Shown in pieces: positions 1 through 13,786 of a stretch of DNA of 64,000 bases; position 1 is the first letter of the stretch; the number at the start of each line of letters is the position of its first letter. The notes under the pieces are model-generated. The model was not told the origin of the DNA and did no database searches. It was given only the letters and a program-made list of their open reading frames with translations. This DNA is from Selaginella moellendorffii (taxonomy: Eukaryota > Plantae > Lycopodiophyta), in the NCBI RefSeq assembly GCF_000143415.4, contig NW_003314300.1:1037014-1101013 (forward strand). The letters run 5' to 3'. Position numbers and translations under genes: made by a program.

Positions 1-493
1 TATTTCTAGCAATCTGATGGATTATCCAGTAATAGATCAGACAAAAGACTCAGGAATAACAGATGTGTCGATGAAGGCTAGGTTGATGTTCCTTGCAATC
101 AGATAGTTGCATTGAAGCAAGTTCAGCCAGTCGAGCCACCTGGGATGTGATTGATGAGACCCAGCCTTGCCTTTACGTTGTCACCAACACTGAAGGAGCC
201 AACCTGGGAAATGAATATACGACATTGAAGACATTTGCAGACGTTGACAAGGACCATTTCTTCATTGTCACCCCCTTCCACAAGTTCTATGAATCCATGA
301 CTTCTTCATATTCCAACTTAAAACGCTTATCTGGATGTCAAGGGATTTCTTGTTGGCAGTCATAATGATGATCACCACTACTTGCAATGACGAAGCACAC
401 TCCCTTTCTCAAAAGGTCAATTGACACCTCCTCCAATGCTACACATTCCAAGCCTTGTAAACTTCGAAAGTATCAAATCTCCATGTAAGGCAT
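1..493 (-). pseudogene. Decayed protein-coding sequence of unknown family, running off the window edge
   Basis: ATG at 493 lies ~50 nt downstream of a TATA-like CTATATAAAA (minus strand, 541-554). One frame reads MPYMEI*YFRSLQG...WSLSTSANVFNVVYSFPRLAPSVLVTT*RQGWVSS with only scattered stops. Confidence 0.3.
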
Positions 494-629
494 ATTGAGG
501 GAATGTTCTAGTATCACTCAAGGTAGCTTTGTCTCTTCCACTTTTTTTATATAGCCTGTCACTGCCCAGTTTGCTTTGTTTTTTCTTGTCTTTGCATGGT
601 ATTAGAGATAGATTAGCTCTCACTTATTG

Positions 630-3470
630 CCCACCTTGTCCTTGGAAGTGTTTGATGGAAAGGATTTCCAGTCATGGAAAGTCTTGAAAAAGGATCTTTG
701 GGGAGTGATCTAGAGCGATCTCAAGCCAGGAGACGATGATACAAATCAGAAAAAGGAGTGAGAGGTGAAGAATAGCAAGGTGTTGGGGGTTCTAGGACAA
801 GGTACTGAAGCTATTTGGATATCAACAGAATGGCGAAAGAGAATTGAGATGCTGTATGCTTGATCCTTGGCAAGACCAGGAAAGCAAGATTGCTGGACCT
901 CAAACTCCAGCTCAACAGCTGTAAGTAGAGCGAGGCAGAATCAGTGAGTCATTTTGCCAGTGCACTTGTGGATAGATCGATGCAATCCAGATGAAGGAGT
1001 TTGATGATGATGAGATGCTCACAACCTTTTTCCAGGGATTGAATGGATCGATGCAGCTGGCAATGTCACATCAAGTTCCAGCAACACTTTTATAGAAGTT
1101 ATAGTATATCTCACTGNNNNNNNNNNNNNNNNNNNNNNNNNNNNNNNNNNNNNNNNNNNNNNNNNNNNNNNNNNNNNNNNNNNNNNNNNNNNNNNNNNNN
1201 NNNNNNNNNNNNNNNNAGGAGAAAGAGTTAGCACTCTTTGCTAGGAAGCGGAAACAATCAATTATAGTGTGGAACAGATTAAGACCAAGAAATGACTAAG
1301 GCGAGAACAGTAAGAAGTTCAAGAAGAAGAAAAAGAACAACCTATGCAACATTTGCAAGAAGCCAGGACACTAGGCAAGAGATTGCACAGACGAGGAAGC
1401 CAAGAGAGCAAAGGAGGCAAGAAAAGCCGAGGTATAGAGAGTGGCCGGTAGGAGAAAGTCTGCCAACTTTGCTAACATGGCAAAGGATGGCAACTTTTTC
1501 ATGGCCACAAGCATCTGGCCACTAGCTTCCAGGACGAGGCAGAGGTCATATGGCTTGATTTAGGGGCAAACAAACACATGATCTCTTAGATCAGTTCTAG
1601 GAAAAAAAATGGATTTTTCTAGGGGATGATTACTCACACGGAGTTAGCACGGTCGACATCACAATCTACCCTGATGGAAGCTTGAGTGTACACAATGTTT
1701 ACTATGTTCTTAGGGTAAATAAGACACTATTTTCAGTGGGAAAATAGTAGATTACATCACTTTCAAGAAGTAGATATGCATGATTGCAGGCTCAATAGGC
1801 ACTGCAATTGTGTGTGGGAGGGGTTGTATCATCTGAATGCTAAAGTGATGTAGCTAGAGTGAGCTTTCTTTGTAGGACCAAGGAAAGCAGTGGATTTCCA
1901 GATAAGGCTTGGCCACAGGAACTCCATGCAAAGAGATGGTGAAGGGGTTGAGTATCACTTCATCAAGTGAAATGAAGTTTTGTGAGTTGTATGTACTAGG
2001 TAAGGTAGACTGCCACTACTCATGCTAAGGAGATTTTAGCAAGTTGTATTTTGTCACCTTCATTGACGACTTCTCACACATCATCAAGTCTTTCAGAAGT
2101 TCCAATACTTCAAGACCCAAAAACTGGGAAGAAATTCAAGGTGAGTCCACTTCACTAGAATTTGCTAAGAATCCAAAGGTAGTTCTCCATCTTATATATA
2201 TACACAGTAGCAGAATAGTGTATCAAAGAGGATGAATTGCACACTCCATGATGCAACAAGAGCTCTCTTACGAGACTCAAGTTTGCCCCAAATGTTTTGC
2301 CATTGCCACCTTATGTATCTGCTAGTGTCAAAGAAGACACCAAATGAGGTTTAGTATGGGATAAACTTGCGACTTTAGTTTGTCGTTAGGGCACGCACAA
2401 TCCAATTAGCCTAAAAACCTTGTGGCAACCAAGTGGCAACGAGGACGATGTAGTGAGTGTGGATGGCACTGGAGGGGAGGTGAGCAAAGCTGTAGTGGGA
2501 CCAAGGCCGTGAGCATGCTGTTGGCAAGACCAGGGCTGAAATTAGTGAGGACAGTTGAGATGTTCTGGCCGTGAGCACACACTCACAAAGGCTGGATGTC
2601 AATACAGGGAGCTGAATCTACAAATAGCTAAGTGGGATTCTCCACAAGAAGCCAAGGCTACTAGAGATATATCAGTGACACTGCTAATTCCTGAGACCTT
2701 CTATGATCTAGCTTCTTATTTTGTCAACTCCAGCATGGAGGAAGAAGTGGCACATGATGAGTCCCAGCTTCTACTTCTTTTTAGCCATGGCCGAGATGCA
2801 CTTGTTTTGAAGACCATGGAAGAAGCTCTTTCCAGACCTGATTATCAAGTTGAGTACAACTTGTTGATGGAGAACCAGACTTGGGACCTCGTGGAGCTGC
2901 CACCTAATAGGAAAGTGATCAAAACCAAGTTCCTCTTGCAGATACATGCTACAAAGTCAGATTTGTGATTCTCACAAGTTGAAGGAGTTGATTTCACAAA
3001 GACATAGAGGTTGAGCACATGGACGTGACTATGGCATTCTTGAATGATGACTTGGAGGAGGAAGTCTCCATGACTTTATGGCCTGAAGCAATAGCCTTGT
3101 GCCTGGTAAGCAAAGATGAACTTGTTTCTTCTTGCCCTTGGCTTCAAGAGTCTCTGCAGACACTAACGTGTACATCAAGCGTGTGGGAGCTCTCTTAGTG
3201 CTACTGGCTCTGTATGTGAATGATTGCTTGCTCCTCAGCAAAAGCAAGAAGCTGATTCAACAACTCAAGAAAGATCTCAGCTTGATATTCAAGATGGTGG
3301 ACCTTGGGAGTGTTAAGTACTATCTCAGCATCCAGATCTTCAGAGACAGGAGGAAGGGAACAATGGAAATGTCTCAAAAAAAGTACATTGAAGATCTCCT
3401 CCAGAAATTTAAACTTACCAACGTAACTCTAGGCAAGTGTTGCAAGTTCAACTTGAGTGGTCCAAGTTGA
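630..3470 (+). mobile_element. Degenerate Ty1/copia LTR-retrotransposon internal region (gag-PR-INT-RT), no LTRs recognisable
   Basis: Motifs appear in copia order. gag N-terminus LEVFDGKDFQSWK..KKDLWGVI (~640); zinc knuckle CNICKKPGH*ARDC (~1345-1387); protease-like WLDLGANKHM (~1551); integrase YFVTFIDDFS (2047); RT EYNLLMENQTWDLVELPPNRKVI, LYVND (decayed YVDD), FKMVDLG..KYYLSIQI and SQKKYIEDLL. Many stops and frameshifts. Confidence 0.9.
1117..1216. other. Assembly gap (100 N)
   Basis: Run of N inside the copia remnant. Confidence 1.
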
Positions 3471-3559
3471 CTATCGTGACTTTTAACTAGTTTAGTTTTG
3501 TCTCTTCCACTTTCTTAGAGCTTGGCAATGCCTAAGGCGTACAACCAGCAACGGCTGGC

Positions 3560-4982
3560 ATTCTAGGATCCTTGCTTTGTTTTTTCTCGTCTTTGCACTT
3601 CAGACGAATGTACTCCAACAAGGCCTTCTGCCAGCCAAGCATTGGGGGACGAGTTTGGCTGATGATCCGAATCAATCTCCAATAAGTCTTCTACTTTTCA
3701 CCACTTGCTTCTTGAACTCCTTTATATTTTTCTCACGGGCCACTTGGCTCTACGTTTCGGCCATCACGATCCGTAGGCGATTCTCAGACGATTGTCTTGT
3801 TGCCAAAGGTCCATTCGTAGAAGATGTCAGGAGGGAGCTCTAGATTTCCAATCTCCTCCAAACTCAAGTCCAAAACTTTCTCAACAATCCATAGTTATGT
3901 GCTCCACAAAATAATTGAAAATCTGCTAGTAAACCACTTCCTCATGTGCATCACCTTTGTGAACAAACTCGGCCAGGCATCGTGGTATGAAACCAGTGTA
4001 AAATAGGGCCTAGACATAGAAACCATAGAAATCCAAAAACGGGGGACAGCACCAAGATATTTGAATATGGCCAGGACAGCGCCATGGCCACTCTGGCGTT
4101 TTGATCGGGGCTCCAATACCTTCAGAGCATGCAGCGGCAGATCGTTGATGTCGAGGTCTTTGAAGTTATAGCCGGATAGCCAGCACTTGGAGCTTTTGGA
4201 TGCTGTCACAAGCCATTGCTTTTTCCAGTGTCGAGCAAAACCCAGAAGCAAAGCTTGTAAAACATATGCCAGCTTCGCCTCCGTCCAAACCAGCCGTGAC
4301 AAAAGGATATAAACGACCACCCCGCATTCTTGCTCGTAAGTGTGGAGATAGCTCGCCAGGGCTGCCAAAACATACGACTTGCCCCTACCCGGATGGCCTC
4401 GGAAGTGGATAAGGTTTATTGTTGTCTTCAATTTCTTCGAGTAGTGACCGGAGCTGTGGACGGCCAACATAAGTGAAGGATCGCGGTGGAGAGAACTTGG
4501 TGCTTGAGATGCTCGGAAGTTCGAGCTTAGTCAAGCGCGACGGATCGCAGAGCTGCATTAAGGCCTCCTCTCGGTTTAAGTTGCTGAATCGCTGCACGAT
4601 TTTCTTGTGCCGCTGCCATGCCTCCGAGACAAGGGCCGTGGCTAAAGATTTTGAAACAAGTAGGATTGGAAGCGTTATTGATAACGTGGTAAATTTAAGT
4701 GCTTGCAAGACTTGTAATGCACTTGATGGCAATAGTTTGTGGAAGAACTCGTTTCGATCCTTGATTTCCTCGTAGAGCCAGGATAATATTTCTGGTTCCT
4801 CCTCCTCCGCAAGAATAACACCTTGCGGCTCTTACCTAGTCTGTTATCTCTGCGACAACTTTCTCCGGAGCCTCAGCGTGCTCACCCTCGACTACAGTTT
4901 TCTCTACATCCGACCGATGTCCTTCCTTTGACGATTTCTTGGGCTTCTTCTTCTTCTTCTGTTTCCTCTCTGATTCTCCCAT
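3560..4982 (-). pseudogene. Frameshifted P-loop NTPase gene, probably Crinkler-like (F.Y.GR / G..G.GKS..LAAL type)
   Basis: A Lys-rich N-terminus (MGESERKQKKKKKPKK) leads to LCDP..LELP...FTYVGRPQLRSLLEEI. A frameshift near 4420 then gives IHFRGHPGRGKSYVLAALASYL..VVYIL (Walker A). Downstream sequence is decayed. Confidence 0.55.
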
Positions 4983-7900
4983 TGCTGACGATTTTCTTTC
5001 GATCTCTAACGGAAGAGTGGCCTGTTGTGGTGCAAGGTGGTGAGTCGAGGCGTAGAAAGGAGTCTTCAACTTCTTTTAAACTCTAAACCACAAAAAAGTT
5101 CTTACCAGTATAATTTTCTAAGGGGAAAAGAAATGTGGATCCAACATTGTTTGATTTTGGTTGACAGTTTCATTGTTTCCACAACACAATGAGGAGTTTG
5201 GAATGTGATGATTCGAGTAGCTCAGGCTGATGGGATGGAGAAGCTTGGGTAAGCCCTTCCAAGAAACTAAAGTTTTGAAACTACTGTTAGAAAACCATTA
5301 AATATATCAACTTCATAACATACCACCCAATTATTGTGCTCAAACACGAGAATCCACTTAGAACATGAGCTGCCAGATGAGCAAGCTTACATACTCTTAA
5401 TTATGAGTCCAATCGAACGAGCCATATTCCCAACAGGGAATCAGGAGCTGCCTAGGTTCTCAAATGATGAAACAAATGGAACACCTTTTCTTGCGCACTG
5501 GGAGCAATAGTTTTATCCATTTAGAGTTTTTATTGCGGCGCCGTTTGATTCGAAATAATTAACTCGGTACCACCGGCAAAATTTGACCAGCTTTATCACT
5601 CCCGGTTCCAAAATGCTCACGCAACTCTCCATGTCTGTTCTTGTTTTCCTCACGAAGCTATCTTGCAGACATGCTTAGTAGAAAAGGAAGGAAAAAAACA
5701 AGAGCTTAGTCCTTCTACCTCGTACAAGTTCCAAGCCTTGGTTTGTTTAAGGCCGAGGCATTTCGTTTTTCCTTCTTTTTCCGACACGGCTTTCGGAGCG
5801 GTCGTCTGCATGCCAAGAAATGGAAAGATTTCAGGTCTCCGCTCCGCATGCTCGAGTGGAGCCTGGAATGATGCTAGCCCTCACTGTGGCTGCTTTTGTC
5901 ATCTGCTTATAAGGTACATTCGTCTCAAAGATAGTGTGTATAACCTTTTTGCTTGGTGGTTTTAAGAAATAAATAAATAGATTGTTGCCCAGTTAGTATT
6001 TTTTGAGTTAAAGCTCACTGGACGACGTTGTTGACAACTCTCTCCAGTGGCTGGTGAAAGAGGCAAGTGTCTGACATTTTAAAACTTATTTGTGATCCGG
6101 CTATGGCTTTTGTCTCGAAAGTTACGTCTCCCTGGTGGAATGTTACTCTGAATATATGATTATGGAAACTTTAACTTGGGGGAGGCATCACGCGTTGATT
6201 GAGAGATACGTTCATATCAACAATAGTAATGTGCACACCTGGAAAGGCGAGCGTGACGATTGCCCATGACACAGCAAGCCTTCGTCAGCAACAGCCAGCA
6301 GGAGAAAACAACTATATTCGATCAAAAGAAAATAGACAGAAAAAAAAAGCTCTGAGGATTTACAAAATTTGATTGACTACGTGCACGTGATGCGCATGGC
6401 CAGTTATTTATTTATTTATTTATTTTCCCTCCCTCCGTTTTCCGCTCTTGGTGGTTGGTTGGAATTATTTTGCTCGCCGTTTGAGATTTTTATTACTGCA
6501 AAGTCAACTGATCTGCATTTGAATTGCCTCCCTCGAGAAAACGATGTTTTAACGTCCCAGAAGAAGCAGCTGAATTATGCATGTACATATGTGTAGTACA
6601 AGTGGGGAGTATAGTACAGCCGCCCAAAAGAGGTGACCACCCTTTCATGAACATTCCTTGGTAATTCATGTACTTTGTAATTCATAGCCCACCACTTTGC
6701 AAAAGTACTATCTTGAGCGAATCCGGTTCAGGTTCAGATTCAGCTTCAGCTTCAGGTTCAGAGTTGCACCTTCCTTACACAAACTTCAGAGAGATGGTGT
6801 TCCTGTTGCATGCATTTCCCTTCATCTCCTTTCCCAGGTGCAAAACAAAGTGGTCCCCATCTCCATAAAATCTTCTTGCTCGCACAGCCCAGCCCAATAG
6901 CAGAGCATGCCAAAAGAAAAAGAGGCCTTCCTAGTGCTGGGCCAAATTATTACAGGTGTTCTACTGTAGCAAAATGGTCGTTCTGACACGCATCTAGACA
7001 CAAACAACTGAGCTGTTCTTGGTTTTTTTTTCTTTTGTTCTTTTGTTCTTTTTTTTTTTTGCGTGCTGCTCTCGAAGCTGGAAAAGGTTTTCCCATTAAC
7101 AAAAGCGAGGAAACAGGTGGATGGGCGGATAGCTCCATTTGTGCTCCCCCAATTTTTGTGCGTGGTTGCGTGGGTGAGGCTAACTTGCAAACCGAATGTA
7201 ACATGGGGGAGTTGGCAGCAGCCTTCTGATATAAGTTTTTCCGGCGATTTACACATTAAAAATTAATGCAAAAGAAATGCAAGAGTTGATCGCTTTGTTG
7301 TTGGCCTGGCATCTGCCTATCAATCATCCAACCACCTTTGAATGTGAGGTGTGCTTGCACTCGTTGTACACAACTCAAGAAAAGGAGATGTATCTATCCT
7401 GAGATGTCAACCATTTAAACATACCTTCCAGGCACTGATCTCAGATGAAAGTTGATAGTCCCCGCCCGGATGACGTCGTCAAATACAGTGTAGATTCCCC
7501 GTGGAAAATAAGAAAGATTAATGCCGGTTTGCTGCGACTGAGAAGGCTGTTTTTGTCAAGGACCGATGCGATTCCCAGCAAGAACTTCAGATCTGCGAAG
7601 CACTTTCTAGAAGAAACTTACTTACAATCATAAAAGCGACAGGCCCGCAACAGGGCGCAGTCGCCAGAATCATGTTTGTGGATGATCAATTCTCAAGGAG
7701 CATATGCCCGCTCAGATTCAACCTTACCGGATGCAAGCCTCTGAAACAAGAGTAGCAAAAGTCTCGACTCAAGTATTATAACATATCCAAAAATTTCCTG
7801 CTCCTGCTGCCTCCTACCATACACATCATAGACAATTCCACCCAATACTTTAAAAAATCTCGTGATACTCAGGCCAGGACTTGGTGTGCCATATCAACAC

Positions 7901-8267
7901 AGTACACATGCACCACAGAAAAAAAAAAAGTAGGCTGTATTTTTCTTTTGTTGGTGCGGTTGGCCAACGCGTCTGCTCGGACACCTGAGAATTGATCGAG
8001 ATGTGGTTGACTGACGTCACCCCACAAAATGGCCTCTGAACAATAACAACAAGAGCAGCAGCAGCACTGCAGCTGCACCAGTAGCAACAACTAAAGTGGG
8101 TTGAAGAACTGAACATTTTTCAGGCATGCAAATGTCAGGGAGGGAGGAGGAAAAAAGGAGGGAGAGGGGGAAAAATGGAAAGATAAACAAAGTCATTAGG
8201 TAGAGAGGCATCTGCGTTGGTTCCTGCTGCTATGCTCTGATACATGTGTGTGTGGGGTGTGGTGTGG

Positions 8268-8293
8268 CCACCACCACCACCACCACCACCACC
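8268..8293 (+). repeat. (CCA)n microsatellite
   Basis: ccaccaccaccaccaccaccaccacc. Confidence 0.9.
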
Positions 8294-11200
8294 ATCTCCC
8301 ACCAGCCTAGCTGCCCCCCATCTCCCTCATTCACATGCACTGGGCCAGATCCAACCAGAAAAAAACACACAAAAGAAGTGAAATTGAAAACAAGAGGGAA
8401 GAGGAAAAGGATCTCATGGAAATTTTGCCTTGATCCTTCTCATTTGACTAGGTAAACCAGCAAGAATGTTCAGCAACTAGGCCATATCAGAATGTTTGAA
8501 AAGTTTGTTGGTTTGCTGATTTCCCATAATATTCTTATAATCAGGCCCTACACAAAACACATGTAGTGCTTGACAGTGCTCTGTGGCTGGCTGCTGCCAC
8601 TGCTTTCTGTTGTTGCTTTGCTTTATTTTCTTTCCATTCTTTTCTATCTCGTGGTTTGTCACTTTTGCTTGCTAGGCACTGTAAGGATCAGATTGGAGTC
8701 TGGATTAAGATTGTCCTTCAGGTGTTATTGTGGGACAGGTTAAGTTGCGCAAGTCAAGCTCGCATTGTTTACGCGACGAAGCTCTCTTTTCACGCGGTTT
8801 TAAAGCCAGTCTTCCACCCCCTTGATAAACCACACGTTGAGTCGAAAACCAAGCATTAAACGTGTATGCACATCGTCATTGTGTAGACCCGAAGCAACGA
8901 AACATCCTTGCATCCACATAAAGAATATCCTAACAATTGGGTGTTATTCTGGATTTGTTTGTGTGATACCACACCACCCCATGTGCATGCATTACGATTG
9001 CAAATGCCACCACCACTCTGGGTCCAATCTGATCCCATCATTTTGTTATATATCATATATTTCACCAAATATATGAAATCAGAAAAGGAGAAAAATACAT
9101 CACTCAACACTTGGAGCAGCCCAAAGTACAGAACTGTTCCACTGTCCACCGATCTGAAAGATAGCTCGGCTCTGTCTGGTGTTGGTAAAGTTGTTGTTGT
9201 GCGCCCAGAGACCCTTTCTGAACCTCTGTTGCTGTTCGTGTGCAAAATTCTGGGAGAGAACTTCTTTTTTTTTCACAAAGTCTCAAATGGTGTAAGAATT
9301 CCAGCCAGCCAGCAAGCCTGCCAGCCAACATCACATATGTATACTCACACAATACAAAGAAAAATATGTGAATTTGATCTGCTTCCACCCACTAGAGGCC
9401 CAGGCGTCCTTTCCACAACCAAATTGGTTAGCCACAGACATTGGCTGGTAGTCCCCACGTACACATGCACACACACCACCACCCAACCCTCTTGCTTTCA
9501 TATATTTCCCCTTTTCTTTTTGGTGGTATAAATGTTGGGGAGGGGTGGTGGTGACGAGCACATATAGATATATAACGTATAAACAGCCATATGGCCAGCC
9601 TGGTACTCAATTCCCTCATCACTTTCATGGTGGGGACTCTTGCCAAGTTCTACTAGTTGTTTTGTTTCTTCTCTCTGTGGAGGAGGAGCTGGAGGACTGT
9701 TGGTGGAGAATGAAATGCCGCTTTGTCTCCTACTCCAAATCATGATCCCATTCCCAAATTCCAAATCCTCTGCTTGATTCCTCTTTTGTGCTGCTGCTGG
9801 GGCCATCTGCTAGTGTGTTTGTGGACTTGAAAAGTCCCGGTATCGGGAGAGTTTAGGATTTGGCATGCGGGATTATAAAATCTAAACTTGGTCGTCCTAT
9901 CGTGTACGTGTCAGCGCCCCGCCACCCGCATATCTGGCCTCAACAGGAAGATCCATCGCAGAAAAGACTAATTTGGTGTTGTTTTTCTGAAGTAATCGTG
10001 TTGGCCTGGCTTTTGGGTAGATTCCTCTGGACAGGAGATACATGTCTGTTATGTCCACTTAATATTTGGCAAGCCAGGCCTGTGTGTTTGTGTGTGTGCA
10101 TGATTGAGCTAGTTGATGGAAGTAGTTAAGCTGGCAAAAAACAAAGAATTACTCCAAACATAATCATGCGTTTTAAAGATGAGCTTTTGTTGGGTATAGT
10201 GCAAGTTGTTGCTGCTGCTGGAATTGGTGGCGTTGTTGTTTTTGTTGAGCAAACTTTGCGAGTGTGATATTTATGCGAGAACTTAGCTATCAGAGATCCA
10301 AACCCGATGGATTCACGGGCAGCCAACACAAAAAAATCTGTCACCAGTAGTAGCAGTCGGTGGGTGCAGCGAAAGTTTCAGGTCCCACATTTTTGTGCCA
10401 TAGTTGCTGTTGCTCGGTCGCAATCCGCACCAAGTAGTAGTAGTAGTAGCTTATAAGAGGATGGATGAACAATTCTAGAATTGGCAGCTCGACACACCGC
10501 ACATCATCATCTCAGCAACAGCAGCACATGTTTTACGAAGATCATTCTCTCATTAAGCGCTCAAACCACGCAGAAAATAAATGAACGAGCTGAGCTCCGC
10601 TCATCACACCACCACAACCAAGACCACGACTTTTTGGCCCACTCTACTTTTGTGGGAGCACAGAATGATGCGCTTAGAAAAGGGCAAGATTGCATGTGGC
10701 GCGAGTAGTCCTAGCATGAGTCGGGAGAGCCCAAGTTGCAGCAATCAAGCTTTGGACCACTTCAAGTGTCCTTTTGTGCTTGGGATAACTTCAAAGAATC
10801 CATGGTTGTTTTCATGGGCTTAAAGATCATATCAATGTCACGGACCCAAGTTTTTGTGTGTCTGAATGTACGTTGTGTGGCTACATCAGGGCCTCCACTT
10901 CTAGGCGGTGAAATCTCCATGACGCAAATTCCCATCCCTAGAGAAGAATGGGAGCTTTTAACTTTGACCATCGCGATCCAGATGCCCAGTTAGGGGGATT
11001 GTTATCGTGTAAGCTTCTACTTGGCTGCCGCAAAAACAATAAGAAAAGGGAAAAGAAGGTGGTGGCGTGAGGAATAATGTACTGTTGGTGCCGCATTTTT
11101 TGTTGTCCTACTACCATGTGATGATATGGCTATTACTTTCTTTTTCTTTTTCTTCTCATCGTCATCGTCATCAGGACATTATAGTGGCTTGGATCGGCCC

Positions 11201-11839
11201 ATGAGATGATAGCCCAAGGTGTCCGAAAAATCTGCCCAAGTAGTTTTTTCGTAGCTTTTGGACTTTTATTTGTCCAAGGTCAGATTGGCAAGTTACACAG
11301 GCTTGACACGAGGAGGATAAGTGATGCGTGAGAGCAATCCAGCCACGGGGTTTCGCGGAAAGTTTGCGAGACACCAAACAGGAATCACACAAAAGGAGAA
11401 GAAGATATTACACTTTTATCCCATTTCTTTATCACGCCAGCTTTGTAAACTTCGAAATTCTTGAATCAAACCCTAGAGAAGCTTTCAACTTCCAAAGGCT
11501 GTATTATCAGAAAATTGTCAATACACAAAGCGAAGAGTGGGTGGATCCACCCAAGTTTCAATAATAGTTGCCCAAATCCATTGCAACCACATGATCTTCA
11601 TACCAACTTCTTTCCCCCCAAAAAGAATCATAAATCTCTCCTCGGCCACCCCAAGAATTTACAAACCCCACGTATGGAAGTTACAATCGACAAAGGAGGA
11701 GAGGGGAGGAGTAATAAGATATGTTGTGTGTAAGAAGGAAAAAATAGAGTGTGCTGGAGTATGAACAAACAAACCACCTGAGAATGATGATCCGATCGAT
11801 CATCCGCGCGATCGAATCACATGTATATATACGTATAGA

Positions 11840-13754
11840 TCAGCTGTGCCGCTCCAATCTGTGAGGCCGCGACGCCGAGATGGAGCTGGAAGAATCGCCC
11901 TCGCCCTCTTGACCCTCTCGATCGTCCTCGCTCGATTCCATCGTCTTGGCGGCGTCCAGCTGTGACGAGGATGGAGGAAGATCGTGGCCATCGCGCCTCC
12001 TCCTCTTGGACGAGGAGCTACTGCCATTGGAGGAGCTGGCGCGGTCGCGATCGTCGTCGCGCTCCTCGCGATCGTGTGGGACTTGGTGGAGCGCCAGCGA
12101 CAGATGCCCAATCCCGGCATCTTTGAGGTTGTCGAGGTTCAAGGGCGGGGAGGATCGCTTCCGGGCCGCATTGCCGCTGCTGCTGGCCAGATCCACGCCG
12201 AAAAGCCTCGTCCCGGCGGTGGGAAGGGCCCCCTCGCCCCGATCAATCCCGCCCAATTGCCCGCGAAACAGAGCACCGCCACCGCCTCCGCCACCATCGC
12301 TGGATCGCAGCGCCGCGCTCTGGTCCTGGAACTGGAAGAGCCGCTGCTGGTGGAAGGGCGTGATCTCCTCGATGGGCACCGCCATGGGCGGCGGAGGAGA
12401 GGAAGAAGAATCGTTCTTGCCTGGAAGCGGCGGAGGAAATCTATACCCCGAGCCAGAAGAAGAGAACTGGAACCACGGATGCGCCGCCGCGGGTGGTGGT
12501 GGCGCCGCTGGGAGTGGATTGCCAAATCCTCCCTGCTGCCGCGAAGAAATCCCCCAATTGGATCGAGCGGCCGCGGCCGCGGCGGCAGCGGCGGAATTGA
12601 TCATCATCTGCTGGTGGTGGTGGTGCTGCTGGGCGGCGGCGGCGGCGGCGGCTGCGTGGTGGTGATGATGGATCGAGGGATGAGCAGCGGCGCCGCCAGG
12701 AGGGACCGGTCTCCTCCGCCAGCTGATGTAGAGCTCCTGGCCTGGCCCCCGCTCGAAGGTGACGATGTCTCCGGCGTCGAGCTTCTTCTCCTTGACGAAG
12801 CGGCTCCATCCCTTGGTGAGGACGTAGCTCTGGCTGCTGTTCCAGTACGAGTAGCGGAACCTCCACACCTTGCCGGTGATGTCCTCGAACGAGAGCAGCA
12901 ATCCCTTCTCGTTGGCGGAGAGATCCAGCGGGAAGCAGCGCTCGGCGTGCTGCTTGGGGATCACCAGCCGGTTGAGCTTCCCCACGTCGCTGGGCGTGAC
13001 CGCCTTGTCGAAGAGGTGCTCGCGGTGGACCGCGCTGGCAGCGGTGGCGGACGGCTTGGCTGGCGGGGCCGCTGACGCTGGGTGGTGGATCATCATCTGT
13101 GGATGATTCATCTCCCGCGTCACAGCAGCCGCGCTGGATGATCGAAGCTGCTGCTGGTGATGATCCTGCCAGGAGTTCTTGGAGCTGGGGTGGTGGCCAA
13201 GGACTTGCTGGGAGCTCGAGGAGGAGGAGAATTGTTGGTGGTGAGCATGGTGGTGGTGGTGATTGTCCGGGATGATGGAGATGGAGGCCGCGGCTGCCGC
13301 GGCAGCAGCCGCCGCCACCGCGCGGGCGTGCGTGATCTTGCGGCTCTGGTCGAGCTCCTCGTCGTAGGTGTGGCGGCGGAGCATGTCCACGACTTGCTCC
13401 TTGGAATGCAGGCGGAGGAAGGAGGCCTCGGGATCGGAGTCGTGGACGGGGCGGAAGTTGGTCATGGCGTCGCGGCCACGGAATTTGATGGCGGCGCGGT
13501 CGTACGCTCGCGCCGCCTCCTCCTCCTTGTTGAACGTGCCCAGCCACACGCGCTGGTGCTTCTCGTAGATTTGCGCGCCCCATCGCCCGTTTGGCTGCGG
13601 CACCACGCCCTTGTACTGCGAAGAGGGCAGCTTGCCACTCTCGGAGCTCAGAACCATTGCGCCACCGCCGCCACCACCGCCACCACTTTTGGTGGTGGAA
13701 TTCATGGTGATGGACGTTTCTTGATCTGGATCCAGGATCATGAGAAGATTGCTG

Positions 13755-13786
<32 letters not shown>

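Noticed and set aside
6650-6870. Possible miRNA hairpin and short (TTCAGN) repeat
   Set aside because: Only an 8-bp inverted match (TTGCACCT/AGGTGCAA), and no conserved plant miRNA sequence recognised.
8908-9806. 207-aa and 102-aa ORFs in the intergenic tract
   Set aside because: Non-coding-like composition, no motifs; the longer one lacks an ATG start.
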